A stretch of 41,703 bases of DNA from Thermoplasmata archaeon (GTDB lineage: Archaea; Thermoplasmatota; Thermoplasmata; Lutacidiplasmatales; UBA184), in the NCBI GenBank assembly GCA_030038885.1, contig JASHQY010000010.1, positions 1 through 41,703 on the forward strand. Reading direction: 5' to 3'. The translations under genes were made by a program, and so were the position numbers. Below the pieces are notes generated by a model, which worked only from the letters and a program-made list of their open reading frames with translations, was not told where the DNA came from and made no database searches. Of the stretch, positions 26,752 to 36,963 are shown one piece after another; within the stretch, counting starts at the first letter, position 1; each line of letters starts with the position of its first letter.

Positions 26752-28167
26752 ATGGCGATCTCCCTAGCGACCTGGCCGCGCCGGCTCGTCGCCCGGCCCT
26801 GGCTGCTCGCGTTCGTCCCGATCAACGCGGCGACCGCGGGGTTCGGGGTCCTCCTCCCGCTCCTGATCCTGATCCCGCTGCACGGGAGCTGGGCTGACGT
26901 CGCGCTCGCCGCGACCCTGTTCAACTCCGCGGTGATCCTCTCGTCGGTCGCCTGGGGCCACCTCGCCGACCGGTACCCCGGGCGGCGCGCGCTCCTCGTG
27001 GTGAACTACGGGGGCTACGCGCTCCTCTACCTCGGGCTGGCGCACATCGGCTCGCTCCCGCTCCTCTACGTGATCTACACGGCGATCGGGCTCGTCGCGC
27101 CCGCGGGAGCGAGCGCGTCGAACCTCCTGATCCTCGAGAAGTTTCCCGAGGTCGAGCGGGCGACGGCGTTCGCGTCGTTCCAGGAGATGAGCATGATCGG
27201 CTCGGTCGCCGGGCTGCTCGTGGGGTACTTCTGGACGGCCGCGAACGACGCGCTCCTGTCGCTCCTCTACGTCCTCGCGGCGCTGGCGGGCCTCAGCGCG
27301 ATCGCGCTCTGGGTCGCGATCCGGGAGGCGCCGCACCGGCTGACGACCGCCAGCATGGCGAGGCACCCCGAGAGCCTCGCGTCCCGCCTCCACATCTCCG
27401 CGTCGCTGCGGATCGCGATCCCGTTCTTCCCGAAGCGGCCCCACGTGGGCGCGGCGCCGCTCCGCCGATTCCGTCGCTGGGTCCGCGACGAGATGCACCA
27501 CGAGCTCCCGCTCGTGATGGGCGCGATCTTCCTGTTCAACCTCGCGTCGAACCTGTTCAACATCTCCTACACCCCGTACCTCTACTCGATCGGGCTCGGG
27601 GTCGCCGCGATCTTCCTCGTGAACTTCTCGAACAACTTCGCCCAGGTGCTCGCCTACCCGATCTCGGGCCGCCTCGCGAACCGCTTCGGGCCGGACGGGC
27701 TCGTCCGGGGGTCGACGTACGCCCGCAGCCTCGGCTACCTCGCGATCGCCGGGTTCACGTTCGCGATCCTCCTGCACGGGGCGGCGTTCACGGCGAACCT
27801 CCTCGCGTTCGGGGTCCTCGGGGGCTCGATCGCGATCTACACGACCGCGAGCTCGCTGATCCTCTTCCGGGGGCTCGAGGGCCGGGACGCGGGCGGCCTC
27901 CTCGGGGTCAACAGCTCGCTCGGCGGCGCCGCGGCGGTCCTGGGCGCGGCGCTCTCCGGCGTGCTCGCGGTCTACGGCAGCTATCGCCTCGTCTTTCTGG
28001 TCGCGGCCGGCGCGCTGCTCGCGTCGATCCCGCTGTGGACCGCCGCCGCACTCGCCTACCGCCGGCGCAAGCACCTCGTCGCGGCGGCCGTGGTGGTCGG
28101 AGCGTCCCGCGTGGCGGAGCCGTTCGCGGCCCGCCCGGAGGCGACCGCGAGCGCGAAACCCCATTAA
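26752..28167 (+). CDS. MFS transporter
   Basis: About 12 TM; WGHLADRYPGRR and SGRLANRFG motif A copies. Confidence 0.85.
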   Translation: MAISLATWPRRLVARPWLLAFVPINAATAGFGVLLPLLILIPLHGSWADVALAATLFNSAVILSSVAWGHLADRYPGRRALLVVNYGGYALLYLGLAHIGSLPLLYVIYTAIGLVAPAGASASNLLILEKFPEVERATAFASFQEMSMIGSVAGLLVGYFWTAANDALLSLLYVLAALAGLSAIALWVAIREAPHRLTTASMARHPESLASRLHISASLRIAIPFFPKRPHVGAAPLRRFRRWVRDEMHHELPLVMGAIFLFNLASNLFNISYTPYLYSIGLGVAAIFLVNFSNNFAQVLAYPISGRLANRFGPDGLVRGSTYARSLGYLAIAGFTFAILLHGAAFTANLLAFGVLGGSIAIYTTASSLILFRGLEGRDAGGLLGVNSSLGGAAAVLGAALSGVLAVYGSYRLVFLVAAGALLASIPLWTAAALAYRRRKHLVAAAVVVGASRVAEPFAARPEATASAKPH

Positions 28168-28202
28168 GCCGCGACCTCCTCGCGGGGCGGAGGGGCGCGG
28201 GC

Positions 28203-29336
28203 GTGGTGGCGGTTCCGGCGGTGTCGCGGGGCCTCGAGGATGTGGTCGCCCTCGAGTCCCGGATCTGCTTCATCGACGGCGTGCGGGGCCGCCTGATCTA
28301 CCAGGGTTACGACATCCGCGACCTCGCGGCGCACTCGTCGTTCGAGGAGGTCGCCTACCTCCTCTGGTACGGTCGCCTTCCGACGGCCCCCCAGCTCGCG
28401 GAGCTGCGCGGGCGGCTCGGCGCGCTGCGCGCGCTGCCGCCCGAGCTCGTCCGTCAGATCGATTCGATGCCGGTCGGGAGCACCCCGATGGACGTGCTGC
28501 GCACGAGCGTGAGCGCGCTCGCGATGTTCGAGCCGAGCGAGACCGGGCCGGGCGCGAGCTCGATCGGGGGCGCCCAGCGCCTGACCGCCGTGATCCCGAC
28601 GATCCTCGCGACGTTCCACCGCCGCCGCGCCGGGCTCCCGCCGCTCCGCGAGCGGCCGGACCTCTCCCCGGCGGCGTACCTCCTCTACGCCCTGGTCGAC
28701 CGGGAGCCGACGGAGCTCGAGGCGCGGGCGATGGACGTCGCGCTGATCCTCCACGCGGACCACGAGCTCAATGCCTCGACCTTCGCCGCCCGCGTGACCG
28801 CGTCGACGCTCTCGGACCTCTACAGCGCGGTGACGAGCGCGATCGGCACGCTCAAGGGACCGCTCCACGGAGGGGCGAACGAGCGGGTCATGGAGCTGCT
28901 CGCCGCGATCGGCACTCCCGAGCTCGCGGAGACCGTCGTGAAGGAGCGGCTCGCGAAGCACGAGCGGATCATGGGCTTCGGCCACCGGGTGTACAAGGTC
29001 GAGGACCCGCGCGCGACGATCCTACGCGAGTGGTCGAAGAAGATCGGCGAGGCGAAGGGAAACCTCCGCTACTACGAGCTCCTGCGCAAGGTCGAGGAGA
29101 TCGTCCACCGCGAGAAGGGGCTCTACCCCAACGTCGACCTCTACTCCGGCTCGGTCTACTCGCTGCTCGGGATCTCCCACGACCTGTTCACGCCGATCTT
29201 CGCCGCGAGCCGGGTCTCGGGGTGGACGGCCCACGTGCTCGAGGAATACCAGGACCTCCGCCTGATCCGCCCGACCGCGCGGTACATCGGCGCGACCGAT
29301 CTTGCGTACCTCCCGCTCGCTCAGCGGACCGGGTAA
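28203..29336 (+). CDS. Citrate / 2-methylcitrate synthase
   Basis: GLEDVVA, HADHELNASTF, GPLHGGAN, GFGHRVYK..DPR, YPNVD; SD GGAGGGG before GTG. Confidence 0.93.
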   Translation: MVAVPAVSRGLEDVVALESRICFIDGVRGRLIYQGYDIRDLAAHSSFEEVAYLLWYGRLPTAPQLAELRGRLGALRALPPELVRQIDSMPVGSTPMDVLRTSVSALAMFEPSETGPGASSIGGAQRLTAVIPTILATFHRRRAGLPPLRERPDLSPAAYLLYALVDREPTELEARAMDVALILHADHELNASTFAARVTASTLSDLYSAVTSAIGTLKGPLHGGANERVMELLAAIGTPELAETVVKERLAKHERIMGFGHRVYKVEDPRATILREWSKKIGEAKGNLRYYELLRKVEEIVHREKGLYPNVDLYSGSVYSLLGISHDLFTPIFAASRVSGWTAHVLEEYQDLRLIRPTARYIGATDLAYLPLAQRTG

Positions 29337-29755
29337 CGCCCCCGCCGGCGCCGGGGCGCTCCCCGAGCGCGCGGCGCGGTAGCGACCCGCACGACGCTCA
29401 TCAACGGATAGCGCAGGTCCGGCCGGTGGGCCAGACGCGCCGTGACCTCCTCGGGCCCGTCCCGCAGGCGGACGGTCACCTCGAGCATCTCGGGCGTCAG
29501 GTAGTGGTAGGCGAACCGGCCCCGGCCGGCGGGTCCCGCGCGGGTCGGATCGATCGTCGCGCGCACGTCGACGACGTACGGCTGGAGCGCGACCGCCCGC
29601 GCGATCGTCCGGGCGACCGCGGGGGCGGTGCGCGCGGAGACCGGCATCCCGAAGTACTGGTGGAACACGCCGCCGAGCTTCACGCCGGCCTCGAACAGGA
29701 GGGCCTCCCGGCGGGAGAGCCGCGCGGCGTGGATTCGGAGGGGGCGGCTCGGCAT
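29321..29755 (-). CDS. mptD: Archaeal dihydroneopterin aldolase
   Basis: FEAGVKLGGVFHQY.G.PV, LQPYV, YPLM. Confidence 0.85.
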   Translation of the reverse strand: MPSRPLRIHAARLSRREALLFEAGVKLGGVFHQYFGMPVSARTAPAVARTIARAVALQPYVVDVRATIDPTRAGPAGRGRFAYHYLTPEMLEVTVRLRDGPEEVTARLAHRPDLRYPLMSVVRVATAPRARGAPRRRRGRYPVR

Positions 29756-29758
29756 CGC

Positions 29759-30514
29759 TCAGCTCGCGGCCGCGGGGAACGGTCGGCGGTCGACGGTGAA
29801 CGGTCCGAGGACGTAGTACGAGGCGACCCCGACGAGCATCGAGTACGCGGCCCCGAGCGCGAGAAGGTAGGCGACGGAGCCGGCCGCCGGGTGGAACTGC
29901 AGGAGCACGAGCGCGATCGCGGCCGCGGCCCCGGTGACCGCCATCGGCGCCCGGAGGATCGACCCGGCCCGGATCTTCGGATACGGCACCGGCACGACCA
30001 TGAGGACCGCGATGATCGCGGTGCCGATCAGCACGCCGATCGGCTGCACGGACTGGAACGCCGGCGTGTCGTGGAAGAGGAGCGCGACGATCACCGCGAG
30101 CGCGGCCTGCGGCGTCGGGACGCCGAGGAAGTACTTCCGCTGGAACCCCCGGGCCGTGAAGTAGACGAGCCGGCCGATCGCCGCCGCCACGTACGCCGCG
30201 GCGAGCGCGACCGCGAACGGCTCCCACGGGGACCAGAGCGCCGGGTTCGAGGTGTGCACGGCGATCAGGAACCCGGGCGCGAGCCCGAACGTGATCGCGT
30301 CCGCGATCGAATCGGCATAGCGGCCGAACGCGGACGGCGGTCGGGGGCTGCGGCGGGAGAGGAGCCCGTCGAGCCCGTCGAACCCGATCGCCGCGACGAT
30401 CAGGAACATCGCCCAGAGCTTGTTGCCGGCGAGGACGTAGAGGATCGCCCCGACGCCGAGGAGCGCGTTCGCGAGGGTCGCGAGGTTCGCCGCGATCCGC
30501 CAGCGGTCGGTCAC
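29759..30514 (-). CDS. pssA: CDP-alcohol phosphatidyltransferase, probably archaetidylserine synthase
   Basis: DGLDG..SR...G..ADSIADAITFG.AP, FLGVPTP; coupled (GTGA) to psd. Confidence 0.85.
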   Translation of the reverse strand: MTDRWRIAANLATLANALLGVGAILYVLAGNKLWAMFLIVAAIGFDGLDGLLSRRSPRPPSAFGRYADSIADAITFGLAPGFLIAVHTSNPALWSPWEPFAVALAAAYVAAAIGRLVYFTARGFQRKYFLGVPTPQAALAVIVALLFHDTPAFQSVQPIGVLIGTAIIAVLMVVPVPYPKIRAGSILRAPMAVTGAAAAIALVLLQFHPAAGSVAYLLALGAAYSMLVGVASYYVLGPFTVDRRPFPAAAS

Positions 30515-31137
30515 GGGGACTCCCGGGCGATCGGCGTCTCGCCGGCCCGGACCCGGTCCCCGACCGAGACCGTCGGCGTGGTCGTGGCGGCCGGGAGGAG
30601 GACGTCGACGCGGGACCCGAGCACGATCATCCCGAACCGGTCGCCCTTCTTCCCCTCGCTGCCCGGGCGGACGAACGAGACCAGACGGCGCGCGACGAGG
30701 CCGGTCATCTGGACGACCTCCACCGGACCGAGCGGGGTCTCGAGCCGATAGGACCGGCGGACGTTGTGGTCGGCCTCGGGCCGGTACGCCGGACGGTACC
30801 CCGCCCCCGTGTCCCCGACCGCCGCGACCCGGGCGTCGAGCGGGAGGCGGTTCACGTGGACGTCGGTCACGTTCATGAACACCGAGACCCGCCATCGGTC
30901 CCCCTCGCGCACGACCGCGCGGACCCGTCCGTCCGCCGACGCGACGACCCCCGGGCCCGGGGTCCGCTCCGGGTCCCGGAAGAAGGCCGCGAGGAAGGCC
31001 CAGACCGCGCCCGCCGCGAGGAGCGCGCCGAGCGCGACCCACCGGTCCGGCACGACCCCGACGCCGATCGCGACCGCGACGAGCCCGAGGACGATCGCCG
31101 CCGCCCCGAGCGGTCGGCCCGCGCCCGGGGCGAACAC
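30511..31137 (-). CDS. psd: Phosphatidylserine/archaetidylserine decarboxylase proenzyme
   Basis: FFRDPER, ADGRV, SVFMN..DVHVNR.P, GSRVD self-cleavage motif. Confidence 0.92.
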   Translation of the reverse strand: MFAPGAGRPLGAAAIVLGLVAVAIGVGVVPDRWVALGALLAAGAVWAFLAAFFRDPERTPGPGVVASADGRVRAVVREGDRWRVSVFMNVTDVHVNRLPLDARVAAVGDTGAGYRPAYRPEADHNVRRSYRLETPLGPVEVVQMTGLVARRLVSFVRPGSEGKKGDRFGMIVLGSRVDVLLPAATTTPTVSVGDRVRAGETPIARESP

Positions 31138-31143
31138 GCGCGC

Positions 31144-31452
31144 CTATCCGGTGAGGACGATCTCGATGTTGACGCCGTCCGGCACCTGGATCCGCATGAC
31201 CTGCCGGAGCGCGCGCTCGTCCGCGTCGATGTCGATCAGCCGCTTGTGGATCCGCATCTCCCAGTGGTCGATCGTGCTCGTGCCGCCGCCGTCCGGCCCC
31301 TTGCGCACGGGGACGCGCAGCTTCTTCGTCGGCAGCGGGATCGGGCCCGCGATCGCGACCCCGGTCTTCGAGGAGATCTCCCGGATCTGCTTGCAGATCG
31401 AGTCGACCTTGTGCGAGTCGGTCCCGCTCAGGGAGATCCGGGCCTTCTGCAT
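31144..31452 (-). CDS. rps10: 30S ribosomal protein uS10
   Basis: [26 protein letters not shown]. Confidence 0.97.
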   Translation of the reverse strand: MQKARISLSGTDSHKVDSICKQIREISSKTGVAIAGPIPLPTKKLRVPVRKGPDGGGTSTIDHWEMRIHKRLIDIDADERALRQVMRIQVPDGVNIEIVLTG

Positions 31453-31489
31453 CGGTCGCCCGTCCTCCGCTCGCGCGCGTCCCGCGGCG

Positions 31490-32770
31490 CTACTGGGCGC
31501 GCTTCTTGACGTCGACGACGACGCCCGCCGCGACCGTCTGGCCCATGTCCCGGACGGCGAACCGGCCGAGCTGGGGGAACTCCTTGTACTTCTCGATCAC
31601 GAGCGGTCGCTTCGGGGTGATCACGACGACCGCGGCGTCGCCGGTCTTGAGGGTCTGCGGGTTCTCCTCCGCGACCTGGCCGGTCTTCGGGTCGAGGCGC
31701 TTCAGGATCTGGGTGAACTCGCACGCGACCTGGGCGGTGTGGGCGTGGAAGACCGGCGTGTAGCCGACCGTCAGCACGCTCGGGTGGTTCAGCACCTGGA
31801 TGTTCGCGGTGAAGCTCTCGACGACGGTCGGCGGGTTCGACACCGGCCCCGCGACGTCGCCGCGCCGGATGTCGTTCTTGTCAATCCCGCGCACGTTGAA
31901 CCCGACGTTGTCGCCGGGCTGGGCCTCCGCCACGGCCTCGTGGTGCATCTCGATCGACTTCACTTCGCCCGACTTCCCGCTGGGCAGGAAGATGATCTTG
32001 TCGCCGACCTTCAGCGTGCCGGTCTCGACCCGGCCGACCGGGACCGTGCCGATGCCGGTGATCGTGTAGACGTCCTGGACCGGCAGGCGCAGGGGCTTTC
32101 CCGTCGCCTTCTCGGGGACCTTCAGGTTGTCGAGCGCCTGGAGGAGCGTAGGGCCCTTGTACCAGGGCATGTTCGGGCTCGCCTTGTTGATGTTGTCGTC
32201 CTTGAACGCGGAGGTCGGGACGAAGACGACCTGTTCGGCGACCTTGTAGCCGACGTTCTTCAGGAGCTTCGTCAGCTCGTCCTTGACCTCGTCGTACTTC
32301 GCCTCGGAGTAGTTGACCTCCTGGCGGTCCATCTTGTTGATCGCGCAGATCAGCTGGCTCACGCCCAGCGTCCGCGAGAGGAAGATGTGTTCGCGGGTCT
32401 GCTCCTGGACGCCCTCCGCCGCGGAGACGACCAGCACGGCCGCGTCGGCCTGGCTGGTCCCGGTGATCATGTTCTTGACGAAGTCGCGGTGGCCGGGCGC
32501 GTCGATGATCGTGAAGTAGTACTTCTGGGTGTCAAAGCGGCGGTGCGCGATGTCGATCGTGACCCCGCGCTCGCGCTCCTCCTTGAGCTCGTCCATCACC
32601 CAAGCGAACTCGAACGTCGCCTTGCCCTTCGCCTCCGCCTCGGCCCGGAACTTGTCGATCTCCTCCTGGCGGATGACCCCGGTGTCGAGCAGCAGTCGAC
32701 CGACGGTCGTCGACTTGCCGTGGTCAACGTGGCCGATGAAGACGATGTTCAGGTGGGGCTTCTGTGCCAT
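31490..32770 (-). CDS. tuf: Elongation factor 1-alpha
   Basis: [38 protein letters not shown]. Confidence 0.98.
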   Translation of the reverse strand: MAQKPHLNIVFIGHVDHGKSTTVGRLLLDTGVIRQEEIDKFRAEAEAKGKATFEFAWVMDELKEERERGVTIDIAHRRFDTQKYYFTIIDAPGHRDFVKNMITGTSQADAAVLVVSAAEGVQEQTREHIFLSRTLGVSQLICAINKMDRQEVNYSEAKYDEVKDELTKLLKNVGYKVAEQVVFVPTSAFKDDNINKASPNMPWYKGPTLLQALDNLKVPEKATGKPLRLPVQDVYTITGIGTVPVGRVETGTLKVGDKIIFLPSGKSGEVKSIEMHHEAVAEAQPGDNVGFNVRGIDKNDIRRGDVAGPVSNPPTVVESFTANIQVLNHPSVLTVGYTPVFHAHTAQVACEFTQILKRLDPKTGQVAEENPQTLKTGDAAVVVITPKRPLVIEKYKEFPQLGRFAVRDMGQTVAAGVVVDVKKRAQ

Positions 32771-32803
32771 ACCGATGGGCTCCGCGCGCGCCCAAAAGGT
32801 ACC

Positions 32804-32813
32804 CCTATATAGG
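32804..32813 (-). promoter_or_regulatory. TATA box of tuf (palindromic CCTATATAGG)
   Basis: About 35 nt upstream of the tuf ATG. Confidence 0.6.
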
Positions 32814-32917
32814 CATTGTCTCGCGCTTCGCCGAGGGAAGCGCTCGCACGGGCCGCGAGTGCCGGGCGCGGCGCTCCGGACGGGCCGGACGCACCGCGCT
32901 CCGCGGAGCGCGCGCGC

Positions 32918-33313
32918 TCAGCCCTGCGGGTGCAGCGTGATCTCGTTCCCGTCCGGGTCCTCGATCGTCGCGTAGGAGCCCCACTCCTCCTTCGTCGGCG
33001 GCTGCGCGAACCGGACGCCGTTCGCGGCGAGCGCGGCACACCCCGCCGCGAAGTCCCCCGGGACCGTGAGCGCGATCCCGGTGTTCCCCTTCTCGAGCGG
33101 GATCGACGGGTCGAACTCGGACGTCTGGCAGAGGTGCAGCGCTCCGGCCTTGCCCTTGCGCCCGACCGTCACCCAATGCTCGTTCGATCGGATCACCTCG
33201 AGGCCGAGCGTCCGCGTGTACCACTCGACCGATCGCTTGCGGTCGGACACGACGACGGCGACGCTCGAGAACTCGATCTTCGGCAGTTTCGCTTCGTGCT
33301 GGGTAGCGGGCAT
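32918..33313 (-). CDS. VOC/glyoxalase-family protein
   Basis: VVVSD...SVEWY...LGL, EEWG.YA.IEDPDGN. Confidence 0.87.
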   Translation of the reverse strand: MPATQHEAKLPKIEFSSVAVVVSDRKRSVEWYTRTLGLEVIRSNEHWVTVGRKGKAGALHLCQTSEFDPSIPLEKGNTGIALTVPGDFAAGCAALAANGVRFAQPPTKEEWGSYATIEDPDGNEITLHPQG

Positions 33314-33488
33314 CCGGGGTTCCTCGAAGGGTCGAGGTCGCGGAGCCTATTCAACTGCGCACGGGAGGGAACGAAACGGTTCGGCGGATGCCGTCCGGGG
33401 CCGGGGAGCGGGCCGTGCCCGCTCGGTCGAAATCCATTTAGCGCGGGAGCCGGTCCTGCGCCTCTACCGCCGCCCGAGGTTCTCCGAC

Positions 33489-33995
33489 GTGATCGATCCC
33501 GCGCCGCGCACGGTCGAGCAGAGCCGGGCGTCGGTCGTCCGCCTGACGATCCCGACCGATGCGAACTTCAGCGGGAACGTCTTCGGCGGCCAGCTGCTCG
33601 CCGAGGTCGACCGGGTCGCGTACATCACCGCGACCCGCCACGCTCAGACGAACTGCGTGACCGCGTCGTTCGACCGGGTCGACTTCCTGGCCCCGGTCCA
33701 CGTTGGGGAGGTCGTCGACTTCGATGCGCGGCTGACGTACGTCGGGCGCACCTCGATGGAAGTGTGGGTCCGGATCCGGGCCGAGCCGCTGCTGGGAGGG
33801 CCTTCCCAGCCGGTGGCCGAGGCCTACGTCACGATGGTCGCGGTCGGGCCGGACGGACGTCCGACGGCCGTGCCGGCGCTCGCGCTGACGTCCGACGCAG
33901 AGCGACAGCGATTCGACGACGGCCGGCGACGCACCGAGATCCGGCGCCGCGCCCGGGAGCGCGGTGGAGCGCAGGAGGGGCCCCGTGCTGTGTGA
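33489..33995 (+). CDS. Acyl-CoA thioesterase (YciA-type hotdog fold)
   Basis: PTDAN..GNVFGG, VTAS.D.VDF..PV.VG, GRTSMEV. Confidence 0.9.
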   Translation: MIDPAPRTVEQSRASVVRLTIPTDANFSGNVFGGQLLAEVDRVAYITATRHAQTNCVTASFDRVDFLAPVHVGEVVDFDARLTYVGRTSMEVWVRIRAEPLLGGPSQPVAEAYVTMVAVGPDGRPTAVPALALTSDAERQRFDDGRRRTEIRRRARERGGAQEGPRAV

Positions 33996-34431
33996 GATGT
34001 GCGGGAAGGACGTGGCCACGACGAGCCGCGTGCGGATCGAGGGATCGGTCCTCCGGCTCTGCCCGGACTGCGCGCGGTTCGGGACCGTGCTCGACCCACC
34101 AACGGTCCCCGTCGCGGCCCCCGCGACGACCCGGGTCCCCGCCTTCTCGGGCGGGGCGTCGCGCGGAGGCGGTGGCCGCTCCCTCCAGGAGCGCGACCTC
34201 TACACGGAGATCGGCGAGCTCGAGCTCGCCCCGGACTGGCCGAAGCGGATCCGGCTCGCCCGGGAGGCGCTCAAGTGGACGCCGGAGGAGTTCGGCAAGA
34301 AGCTGAACGAGAAGAAGTCGGTCGTCCTCAAGCTCGAGTCCGGCGGGTTCCACCCGCCGGACGAGCTCGTGCGCCGCGTCGAGCGCCTCCTGAAGGTCCG
34401 ACTGCGCGCCGATCCGGCGGCGCCCGCGTGA
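33985..34431 (+). CDS. mbf1: Archaeal multiprotein bridging factor aMBF1
   Basis: CEMCG...C.DC zinc ribbon plus C-terminal HTH (IRLARE, LNEKKSVV.KLESG); SD GGAGGGG. Confidence 0.9.
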   Translation: MLCEMCGKDVATTSRVRIEGSVLRLCPDCARFGTVLDPPTVPVAAPATTRVPAFSGGASRGGGGRSLQERDLYTEIGELELAPDWPKRIRLAREALKWTPEEFGKKLNEKKSVVLKLESGGFHPPDELVRRVERLLKVRLRADPAAPA

Positions 34432-34443
34432 GGTCCGTCGGTC

Positions 34444-35439
34444 CTAGCGTCCGCGGCGCGTGGGGGACCCGCGGCGGGGTCCGGGACGCAGGTACCGTTC
34501 GAGGATCGCCTTCTGCGCGTGCAGCCGGTTCTCGGCCTGGTCCCAGACCGCCGCGCGCGGCCCGTCGAGGACCTCGTCCGTGATCTCCTGGCCCCGCCGG
34601 GCCGGGAGGTCGTGCAGCACGAACGCGTCGGGGGCCGCCTCGGTGAGCAGCGCGGCGTTGATCTGGAATCCCTGGAACGCGGCCTCCCGCGCCGCCTGCT
34701 CCGCCTCCTCGCCCATCGAGACCCAGACGTCGGTGTAGAGCGCGTTCGCGCCCCGGGCGGCCTCGTGGGGGTCGTTCGTCAGCGAGATCTTCGCCCCCGA
34801 GGCGCGCGCGAGCCGCTCGGCCGCGGCGACGATGTCGGGCCGCGGAGCGTACTTCTCCGGGGTCGCGGCGACGACGTCGAGCCCGACGGCCGCCGCGCCG
34901 AGGAGGAGGGAGTGGAGGACGTTGTCGCCGTCCCCGATCCAGCCGAGCCGCCGGCCGCGGAACCGCCCCTTCCATCGCTCGTGCATCGTCAGGAGATCCG
35001 CGACGATCTGGCACGGATGCTCCCGGTCGTCGAGCGCGTTGATCACGGGGATCGTCGCCCACCGCGCGAGCTCGACCTCGTCGGCGTGCCGGAACGCTCG
35101 GTAGACGAGCGCGTCGCAGTAGCGCGAGAGCACGCGGGCGGTGTCGGCGATCGTCTCGCCGCGGCCGAGCTGCAGGTCGCGCGGCGAGAGATAGATCGAG
35201 TGGCCCCCGAGGTCGTGGATCGCGACCTCGAACGACGTCCGCGTCCGGGTGGACGGCTTCTCGAAGATCAGCCCGACGTTCGTGCCCGGCCGCGTCCCGC
35301 CGAGCCGGCCGCGCGTGCGTTCGGCCTTGAGCCGCTCGGCCCGGGCGAGGAGCGCGGGCAGGTCGCCGGCGATGTCCTCGAGCGAGAGCAGGTCCTTCGT
35401 CGTGCGGGCGGCGGTCACGCGGCGGGTCACGGGGCGCAC
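34444..35439 (-). CDS. argF: Ornithine carbamoyltransferase
   Basis: FEKPSTRT, HPCQ, DVWVSMG, DQAENRLH; HDLP in place of HCLP. Confidence 0.92.
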   Translation of the reverse strand: MRPVTRRVTAARTTKDLLSLEDIAGDLPALLARAERLKAERTRGRLGGTRPGTNVGLIFEKPSTRTRTSFEVAIHDLGGHSIYLSPRDLQLGRGETIADTARVLSRYCDALVYRAFRHADEVELARWATIPVINALDDREHPCQIVADLLTMHERWKGRFRGRRLGWIGDGDNVLHSLLLGAAAVGLDVVAATPEKYAPRPDIVAAAERLARASGAKISLTNDPHEAARGANALYTDVWVSMGEEAEQAAREAAFQGFQINAALLTEAAPDAFVLHDLPARRGQEITDEVLDGPRAAVWDQAENRLHAQKAILERYLRPGPRRGSPTRRGR

Positions 35440-35517
35440 GTCCTAAAGCGTTCTGTCCGCACCGCGCGGCGTCGCCTCGGCGCTTAAGAACCGGCCCCGA
35501 TTGGCCCGGGCGAGGGA

Positions 35518-36963
35518 TTGAACGTGCCGGCTCGAGCGAAAGCATCCGCGAGGTCTCGAAAGTCGGGCCGCCCTGCCGGGCCCGCCGCCGATCGCGTGAC
35601 GCCCGTCACCAAGGCCCGCAAGGTGTTCATGGTGACCGGCGGGGTGACGAAGTTCGCGAAGGCGCACCCCAGCATGGACTTCCGCCTGATGGTCAAGCGG
35701 GCGTACGACTACGCGCTCAAGGGGATCCCGAACCTCACCGCCGAGCGGATCGACGGGACCCGGATCTCGTACTTCTCGGACCACTTCTCGCGCCAATTGA
35801 AGGCCGCGAGCATGGTCCAGGACTATCTCGGGATGAACCCGAAGGGCTCCGTCCGCATCGAATGGGGGGGCGCGACCGGAGGCGAATGCTTCCAGGCCGC
35901 GTACGAGGCGGTCGCGAGCGGACGGATGGACGTCTGCCTCGGCGCCGGCTACGAGACGATGAGCCGCGTCGCGACCTGGAAGGGGAACGAGTTCATCGCG
36001 CTCGCGTCGGACACGAACTTCGACTTCCCCCTCGGCGGGTTCTACACGGGCTACTACGCGCTGATGGTCGTGCGCCACATCTACGAGTACCTGCGACGCG
36101 GGAAGTTCGCGGGCGTGAAGGACGAGCGCGAGGCCCAGCGCCTCGCGATCGCCGAGGGGAGCCGGATCATGAGCCTCGTCTCGGTGAAGAACCACCGCAA
36201 CGCGCTCCACAACCCGTACGCGCAGTACCCCAAGCGGCTGACGGTCGAGGACGTGCTGCGCTCGGAGATGATCAGCTATCCGCTCACCCGCGAGCAGATC
36301 TGCACGATGAGCGACGGGGCCGCGGTCGTGATCCTGTGCGACGAGGCCCGCGCGAAGGAGTTCACCGACAAGCCGGTCCGCGTGATCGGGGTCGGGACCG
36401 GGACCGACACGATGCGGCTCGCGGACCGTCCGTTCGGCAAGGTCCCGCTGATGCCGAACGAGAGGGCGAGCGACTACGACGAGCTCGACTATCCGGGCGT
36501 CCACTCCTTCCGCGCCGGCCGGGCGGCCGGCCTCGAGGCGTACAAGATGGCCGGGATCACGAATCCGAACACCCAGCTCGACTTCATCGAACTCCACGAC
36601 GCCTACGCGTCGAGCGAGATCCAGACCTACGAGGACCTGGGGCTCTGCCGGTACGGCGAGGGGTACGAGTTCGTCGAGCGCGGCGACCCGTTCCTGAAGG
36701 GGATCGACTACGGATTCCCGGTCCCCCAGGCCGGCGCGATCCCCGTGAACCCGTCCGGCGGCCTGATCGCGTGCGGCCACCCGGTGGGGGCGACCGGCCT
36801 CATGCAGGGCGTCTTCGCCTTCTGGCAGCTCCAGGGGACGATCTCCCGCCACTTCGGGGACGCGACCCTGCAGATCCCGAAGGCCCGCCGCGGGGCGATC
36901 CACAGCCACGCCGGCACCGGCTCCGCGGTGACGGTCTCGATCCTCGAGCGGGGGTTCCGATGA
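35518..36963 (+). CDS. SCP2-type thiolase-like protein lacking the N-terminal nucleophilic Cys
   Basis: SDGAA, IELHDAY, VNPSGGL..CGHPVGATG; RIEWGGATGG where E.ACASG is usual; start uncertain (35518-35596). Confidence 0.87.
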   Translation: MNVPARAKASARSRKSGRPAGPAADRVTPVTKARKVFMVTGGVTKFAKAHPSMDFRLMVKRAYDYALKGIPNLTAERIDGTRISYFSDHFSRQLKAASMVQDYLGMNPKGSVRIEWGGATGGECFQAAYEAVASGRMDVCLGAGYETMSRVATWKGNEFIALASDTNFDFPLGGFYTGYYALMVVRHIYEYLRRGKFAGVKDEREAQRLAIAEGSRIMSLVSVKNHRNALHNPYAQYPKRLTVEDVLRSEMISYPLTREQICTMSDGAAVVILCDEARAKEFTDKPVRVIGVGTGTDTMRLADRPFGKVPLMPNERASDYDELDYPGVHSFRAGRAAGLEAYKMAGITNPNTQLDFIELHDAYASSEIQTYEDLGLCRYGEGYEFVERGDPFLKGIDYGFPVPQAGAIPVNPSGGLIACGHPVGATGLMQGVFAFWQLQGTISRHFGDATLQIPKARRGAIHSHAGTGSAVTVSILERGFR

